A stretch of 64,000 nt of DNA from Alphaproteobacteria bacterium (GTDB taxonomy: Bacteria; Pseudomonadota; Alphaproteobacteria; Bin95): NCBI GenBank assembly GCA_020638555.1, contig JACKII010000001.1, forward strand, positions 1,287,829 through 1,351,828. The letters run 5' to 3'. The position numbers and the translations under genes were made by a program. Numbering within the stretch: position 1 is the stretch's first letter; each line of letters starts with the position of its first letter. The notes beneath the pieces were generated by a model, which saw nothing but the letters and a program-made list of their open reading frames with translations, did not search any database and had not been told where the DNA came from. Shown piece by piece: positions 59,342 through 64,000 of this stretch.

Positions 59342-60742
59342 CTAGGCGCGGCGGCGCCGACGCAGGGTCATGCCCAGCCCCAGCAAGCCCGGCACCAGCA
59401 GCACGAGCGTGGCCGGCACGGGGACGCCGGAGGCGGGAATGTTGGTGCCAATCGGCGTGATGGTGATCTGGCCGCTGCCGATGGTGTTGAACGTCACCGC
59501 CACCGGGAAGGCCATGGCATTGTTGGGGTCCAGCATCAGCGACGGGTCGATGCCCTGAACGCTGAAGAAATCGACCGGCGAGCCGAACGTGTAGCTCTCG
59601 CCCGCCATCAGGGTGGCGATCTGGGTCAGCGTGCCGCCGACGTCGATCAGCAATTCATAGCCGTCCATATCCGGCACCGTCGCCAGCGACGGCATGGTGA
59701 CACTCGCGAACAACAGGTTCTGGATCGCATAGTCGAATCCCGTGGTCACCACCGGGTCCAGCCAGAGCGGCGTATCCGGGGAGTCGACCGTGATGTCGAA
59801 CACGAAGGGCGGTTCGTTGTTGCCGGGCAATAGCGGCAGGGATTCCGAACTGCCGGGCGCCGGCGGCACCGCATTGCCGAACAGGGTCTGGGTCAGATAG
59901 GTGGCCGTTTCCCCGGCGGCCAGCGAGTAGTTGTTGTTGAACGCCAGGGTGACGTCATAGGCGTTGTCGATGAAGCCGTCGCCGTTCGTGTCGCCGGCGA
60001 CCGTGTCGTTCAGGGTGCCGCCCACCGCGACCTTGTTGCCGAGACCGGAATAGGAGGAAACCTCGAACCGGCCGGGCGGGCTCTGGTCGCCGCCGTTGGC
60101 GGTGATGCCCACGAAGGTCGTGGACTGGCTGGGGCTGTCGGCCGAATCGGTCTCGAACAGGACCTGGTTGCCGCCAAGGGTGATGATTCCGCCGCCGTCG
60201 GCGATGGATTCGTCGAATTCCAGATCGCCGTCCAGATAGCGCTTCAGCGCGAAGCTGTTGGGGACCGAGGCGGTGTTGGTGATGCGGTAGCTCTGATTCA
60301 ACTGCGAACCGATGCGCGTGCCGGAGCCGTCGAACGAGGACACCAGGGTCTGCGTCAACCGAAAGTCCAGCGAGCCGAGTTGGAAGCTGCTGGTGGCGCT
60401 GGTCGGCGAGCTTTGCTGAACCACCAAATCCGGCAGGCCGCCGCTGCTACGGATGGAGCCCGTGGTCAGGAAGGTTCCGGGGCCGCTCAGATACACGCCG
60501 CTTTCAAAGGTCGTGCCGCTGGCGCTGGCGCTGCCGACCGGCGTGTAGAACGCGTCGCCCGTGCCGTTGCCGCCGACCGCAAGGCCGAACGAGCCGTAGC
60601 CGTCGACATCGACGGTCACGCTTCCGGGGCCGGTGCCGTTCGTCAGCGTAATCGCCTGTGCCGGTGCGGCAAGACCGATTGCGATGGCCGCGCCGATCAG
60701 GGCGCTCCTGCACATCGGTCGGTCCATGATCGGAGTTATCAT
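59342..60742 (-). CDS. secreted PEP-CTERM-anchored protein (exosortase substrate candidate)
   Basis: N-terminal signal peptide (CRSALIGAAIAIGLAAPAQA); Thr/Ser/Gly-rich body; C-terminus PVPATLVLLVPGLLGLGMTLRRRRRA matches the PEP-CTERM sorting-signal architecture. Confidence 0.55.
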   Translation of the reverse strand: MITPIMDRPMCRSALIGAAIAIGLAAPAQAITLTNGTGPGSVTVDVDGYGSFGLAVGGNGTGDAFYTPVGSASASGTTFESGVYLSGPGTFLTTGSIRSSGGLPDLVVQQSSPTSATSSFQLGSLDFRLTQTLVSSFDGSGTRIGSQLNQSYRITNTASVPNSFALKRYLDGDLEFDESIADGGGIITLGGNQVLFETDSADSPSQSTTFVGITANGGDQSPPGRFEVSSYSGLGNKVAVGGTLNDTVAGDTNGDGFIDNAYDVTLAFNNNYSLAAGETATYLTQTLFGNAVPPAPGSSESLPLLPGNNEPPFVFDITVDSPDTPLWLDPVVTTGFDYAIQNLLFASVTMPSLATVPDMDGYELLIDVGGTLTQIATLMAGESYTFGSPVDFFSVQGIDPSLMLDPNNAMAFPVAVTFNTIGSGQITITPIGTNIPASGVPVPATLVLLVPGLLGLGMTLRRRRRA

Positions 60743-61114
60743 TCTGTTGGTCCTTTCGCGGTATCGATCCGTCTCCTGATGTGGGCCAATGAAGCAATTT
60801 GTGTGCCAGTGTCGCGGGTGGAGCAGGCGCACAGATCGGAACCGCTCGAACCTTTCGGCTAGGCGAATGGTCTGTCGCACCAATCCGACGGACCCGTTTC
60901 TGTCGCGGGGCGGCGTGCGGAGCCGGGTTCGACGCGGCGGGCGGGTGCAAGGTGCGGCTTGGGTGTAAAGTCGGCGCCATGTGTTAACGGAGCGTTACAG
61001 TTCGGACGGGCTCCCGCTGCCGGACGCCGCCGGCGGCGGGGGCCTTGGCAGCGGCGGGAAAATGGGGCGACAATGCCGGCCAACCCAAAACGCCCCCGGA
61101 GGACCCGCCCGCCC

Positions 61115-62053
61115 ATGCCCGCCCAAATCGGCTATCTCATCCCCACGCGCGAGGCGATCATGGAAGGCCGGCCCCAGGCCGCGCCCCTGCTCGCGCTTGC
61201 CGAGCAGGCCGAGGATCTCGGCTATGACTCGGTCTGGATCGGCGACTCGCTCACCGCCCGGCCGCGGCACGAGCCACTGACCCTGCTGGCCGCCATCGCC
61301 GGCCGCACCCGGCGGGTCAAGCTCGGCACCGCCGTGCTGCTGCCGGCGCTCCGCAACCCGGTCCTGCTCGCCCACACCGTCGCCACTCTCGACCAGGCGA
61401 GCGATGGCCGGGTGATCCTCGGCTACGGCATTGCCGGCGACGTGCCCAACATCCGCGCCGAGTTCGAAAGCGCCGGCGTGCCGTTCGACAAGCGCATCGG
61501 CCGCATGATCGAAGGATTGCAACTCTGCCGCGCCCTCTGGAGCGGCGACAAGGTCGACTGGAACGGCCGCTGGAGTCTGTCCGGCCAGCAGATCGGCCCG
61601 ACCCCGGCGCAGGCGGGCGGCCCGCCGGTCTGGATCGGCGGCTCGCACCCCAACGCGCTGAAGCGCGCCGCCCGGCATTTCGACGGCTGGTTCCCGACCG
61701 GCCCCGGCGCGGATGTCTGCGGCCAGCAATGGCGGGAGGTGCAGCAGCACGCCAAGGCCGAGGGCCGCGCCGACGGCGCCATGAGTTTCGCGGTCTACCT
61801 GACCCTCGCCATCGACGACAGCCATGAGGCCGGTGTCGCCCGCATCGACAAATTCCTGGAAGCCTATTACGGCGTGCCCGGCCACATCCTGCGCCGCCGC
61901 ATGGCCAGCTTCGGCGGCCCGGCGGAGGAAGCGGCGGCCTTCGTCAAATCCTATGTCGACCAGGGGGCGAGCCATGTTTGCATCCGCTTCGCCGGCGACC
62001 ACGAACAGTCCCTGAAAACCATGGCGGCGCTCCGCCAGCAGATGGGAGGCTAG
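61115..62053 (+). CDS. LLM-class F420/flavin-dependent oxidoreductase
   Basis: MPAQIGYLIPTREAIMEG..DSVWIGDSL..; LLM fold; 312 aa. Confidence 0.8.
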   Translation: MPAQIGYLIPTREAIMEGRPQAAPLLALAEQAEDLGYDSVWIGDSLTARPRHEPLTLLAAIAGRTRRVKLGTAVLLPALRNPVLLAHTVATLDQASDGRVILGYGIAGDVPNIRAEFESAGVPFDKRIGRMIEGLQLCRALWSGDKVDWNGRWSLSGQQIGPTPAQAGGPPVWIGGSHPNALKRAARHFDGWFPTGPGADVCGQQWREVQQHAKAEGRADGAMSFAVYLTLAIDDSHEAGVARIDKFLEAYYGVPGHILRRRMASFGGPAEEAAAFVKSYVDQGASHVCIRFAGDHEQSLKTMAALRQQMGG

Positions 62054-62057
62054 GCCC

Positions 62058-62825
62058 ATGCGTTTCGAGAACAAGATCGCGCTCATCACCGCCGCCGGCG
62101 CCGGCATCGGCAAGGCCACGACCGAAATCCTGGTGCGCGAGGGCGCCACCGTCATCGCGGTCGAAAACCAGCAGGACCGGCTCGACGCCCTCGTGGCCTC
62201 GCTGGACAACCAGCCGGGCCGGGTCGTGCCCCGGTGCATCGACGCCATGGACGAGGTCCAGGCGCGCCAGTGCGTGCAGCAGGCAATCGACGAATTCGGC
62301 CGCATCGACATTCTGGTGAACGCGGTCGGCGGCTCCACCATCATTCCGAAGCCGAATGTCGACATCGACCAGATGCCGCTCAGCGACTGGCAGAAAATCC
62401 TCGACTTCAACCTGACCGCCACCTTCCTGTTCACCAACGCGGTGGTGCCGCACATGAAGGCGAACAAGTACGGCAAGATCGTCGACCTCGCCTCCATCGC
62501 CGGGCGCGGCACCAGCTTCGAGTCGTCCTCGCCCTATGCGGTCGCCAAGGGCGGTATCATCGCCATGGTGCGCCGGCTGTCGTTCGAACTCGGCCCCTAT
62601 GGCATCTGCATCAACGCCATCGCCCCCAGCCTGACGCTTACCGAGCGCATCACCCCGCACTGGGAACGCCGCTCGGCCGAGGACAAGGCGAACGAGCTGA
62701 AACGCTTCCCGCTCGGCCGCGTCGCCGTGGCGGAGGATCAGGCCAAGGTCATCGCCTTCCTGGCCTCGTCGGATGCGGATTTCGTCACCGGCGTCACCAT
62801 CGACGTGAACGGAGGCCAGCTATGA
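62058..62825 (+). CDS. SDR-family oxidoreductase
   Basis: TAAGAGIGKAT Rossmann motif; NAVG; YxxxK (YAVAK). Confidence 0.85.
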   Translation: MRFENKIALITAAGAGIGKATTEILVREGATVIAVENQQDRLDALVASLDNQPGRVVPRCIDAMDEVQARQCVQQAIDEFGRIDILVNAVGGSTIIPKPNVDIDQMPLSDWQKILDFNLTATFLFTNAVVPHMKANKYGKIVDLASIAGRGTSFESSSPYAVAKGGIIAMVRRLSFELGPYGICINAIAPSLTLTERITPHWERRSAEDKANELKRFPLGRVAVAEDQAKVIAFLASSDADFVTGVTIDVNGGQL

Positions 62826-63736
62826 GCCTGCCGGATCGGAACGACACGCTCGGCATTGTCGGCGTTGGCGTCATGGGCGGCGGCATCGCCGCGAACCTGC
62901 TGAAGGGCGGCGCCAAGCTGGTCGTCTACGACCAGAACCCGGCCCGGGTGCAGCACTTCGCCAGCCTCGGCGCCTATGCCGCCTCCAGCCCGGCGGATGT
63001 GGCGCGCCAGGCGTCGACGCTCATCAGCATGGTAGAGACCACGGCCCAGTCGGAAGAGGTCATCATGGGGCCGGAGGGCTTCCAGTCCAAGGCCCGGGCC
63101 GGCGACGTCATCCTGTCGATGGCCACCATCGACCCGCTGGCGGTCAAGCGCTGGCACGCCGAACTGAAGCCCCGCGGCATCGACCTGATCGACGCGCCGG
63201 TCTCCGGCGGCCAGGAGCGGGCGGAATCCGGCGACCTCTCCATCATCTGCGGCGGCGACGCCGACGTGGTGGAGCGGGTGAAGCCGCTGCTCGGCGCCTG
63301 CGCCCGCCAGGTGTTCCACATGGGCGAGGTGGGCCAGGGGCTCGCCATGAAGCTGGTCAACAACATGCTGATCCAGGTCGGCACGGTGGCGGTGGCCGAG
63401 GCCATGGTGCTGGGCGCCAAGGCCGGGCTGGAGCCGCAGGCGATGATCGACGTGATCCGCCAGTCCACCGGCCATTCGGTGGCGTTCGAGATGCGGGCGC
63501 CGCGCTATCTCAGCGGCGATTTCGAGCCGGGCGGTACCGTCGACATCACCTGGAAGGACCAGACGCTCCAGACCGATTTTGCCAACGCGCTGGGCGTGCC
63601 GCTGTTCCTCGCCAACACCACGCGCCAGATTTTCCAGTGGGCGCGGGGCCTTGGTCTCAACAAGAAGGACAGTTCCATCACCGTCACCCTGTACGAAAAG
63701 GCCGCCGGCGTGAAACTCGGGCCCCGCGAGGACTGA
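62822..63736 (+). CDS. NAD(P)-dependent oxidoreductase, 3-hydroxyisobutyrate/6-phosphogluconate dehydrogenase family
   Basis: GIVGVGVMGGGIA NAD-binding motif; DAPVSGG; KLVNN; 4-nt overlap with the SDR gene. Confidence 0.8.
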   Translation: MSLPDRNDTLGIVGVGVMGGGIAANLLKGGAKLVVYDQNPARVQHFASLGAYAASSPADVARQASTLISMVETTAQSEEVIMGPEGFQSKARAGDVILSMATIDPLAVKRWHAELKPRGIDLIDAPVSGGQERAESGDLSIICGGDADVVERVKPLLGACARQVFHMGEVGQGLAMKLVNNMLIQVGTVAVAEAMVLGAKAGLEPQAMIDVIRQSTGHSVAFEMRAPRYLSGDFEPGGTVDITWKDQTLQTDFANALGVPLFLANTTRQIFQWARGLGLNKKDSSITVTLYEKAAGVKLGPRED

Positions 63737-63759
63737 GAGCCCTTGCCGCCGGTGCCGAC

Positions 63760-64000
63760 TTACGGCCCGCTATAGGCGAACTTGCCGACCAGCGACGATT
63801 TCCCCGGATGGGCAAAGCGCATCCGGGGGTCGCTCAACTGCATGGTGGCCGCCCGCCGCACGAAGGTCGGCCCGGTGTGGAACGGGACGGCCAGCCCGCT
63901 GACCTCCGGGTCGAGCGGTGCTTCGCCATGGCGGCTGGCCTTGATGTGAAAGCCCAGCATCGCCTCGCATGTCCCAAGCGATGCTGGCCATGGCATTTTC
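63760..64000 (-). CDS. 3' end of an unidentified gene running into the window edge
   Basis: ORF open to the window end; no recognisable motif. Confidence 0.2.
   Translation of the reverse strand, partial: KMPWPASLGTCEAMLGFHIKASRHGEAPLDPEVSGLAVPFHTGPTFVRRAATMQLSDPRMRFAHPGKSSLVGKFAYSGP

Overview
This window is high-GC (about 67 %) chromosomal DNA, probably from a Rhodospirillales-type alphaproteobacterium. It is gene-dense on both strands with no rRNA, tRNA or CRISPR that I can see.

Gene content, in order: ahcY 3' end; a PAS sensor kinase; qor; a CinA_C/NMNAT-like fusion protein; a NitT/TauT-family ABC transporter; osmC; an fmdB-fmdA formamidase pair followed by a urea/amide-type ABC operon (urtEDCBA-like) that is riddled with frameshifts; a hybrid sensor kinase whose N-terminus is an NCS1-type permease domain, plus a LuxR-type response regulator; a CtaG-like membrane protein; an ABC-F ATPase; a copper-resistance cluster (CopI-like cupredoxin, copA, copB); the cell-cycle genes ctrA and sciP with dksA and a CckA-like hybrid kinase; recA and alaS; a 1235-aa secreted serralysin-like metalloprotease with RTX and VCBS/cadherin repeats; a catabolic block (D-cysteine desulfhydrase family, EamA, KdgK, GST, gentisate 1,2-dioxygenase); the SOS mutagenesis cassette imuB-dnaE2 with a vapBC toxin-antitoxin pair inserted between the two genes and a perfect alphaproteobacterial LexA box upstream; a patatin-like phospholipase; hydrolases (MBL, amidohydrolase-2, ArgE-like); and an F420-related cluster (cofE, cofD, two LLM-class oxidoreductases) interspersed with REP-like hairpin repeat arrays and a PEP-CTERM protein.

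Most worth a second look:
- the SOS-box-fronted imuB-vapBC-dnaE2 arrangement, which lacks imuA;
- the NCS1-domain sensor kinase next to the amide/urea cluster;
- the concentration of frameshifts at 10.2-15.8 kb;
- the CinA_C-NMNAT fusion;
- the 190-bp tandem duplication overlapping the GST 3' end;
- the REP-like arrays bracketing an F420-type oxidoreductase.

Many long ORFs in the six-frame track are wrong-frame or antisense artefacts of GC-rich DNA and were ignored.
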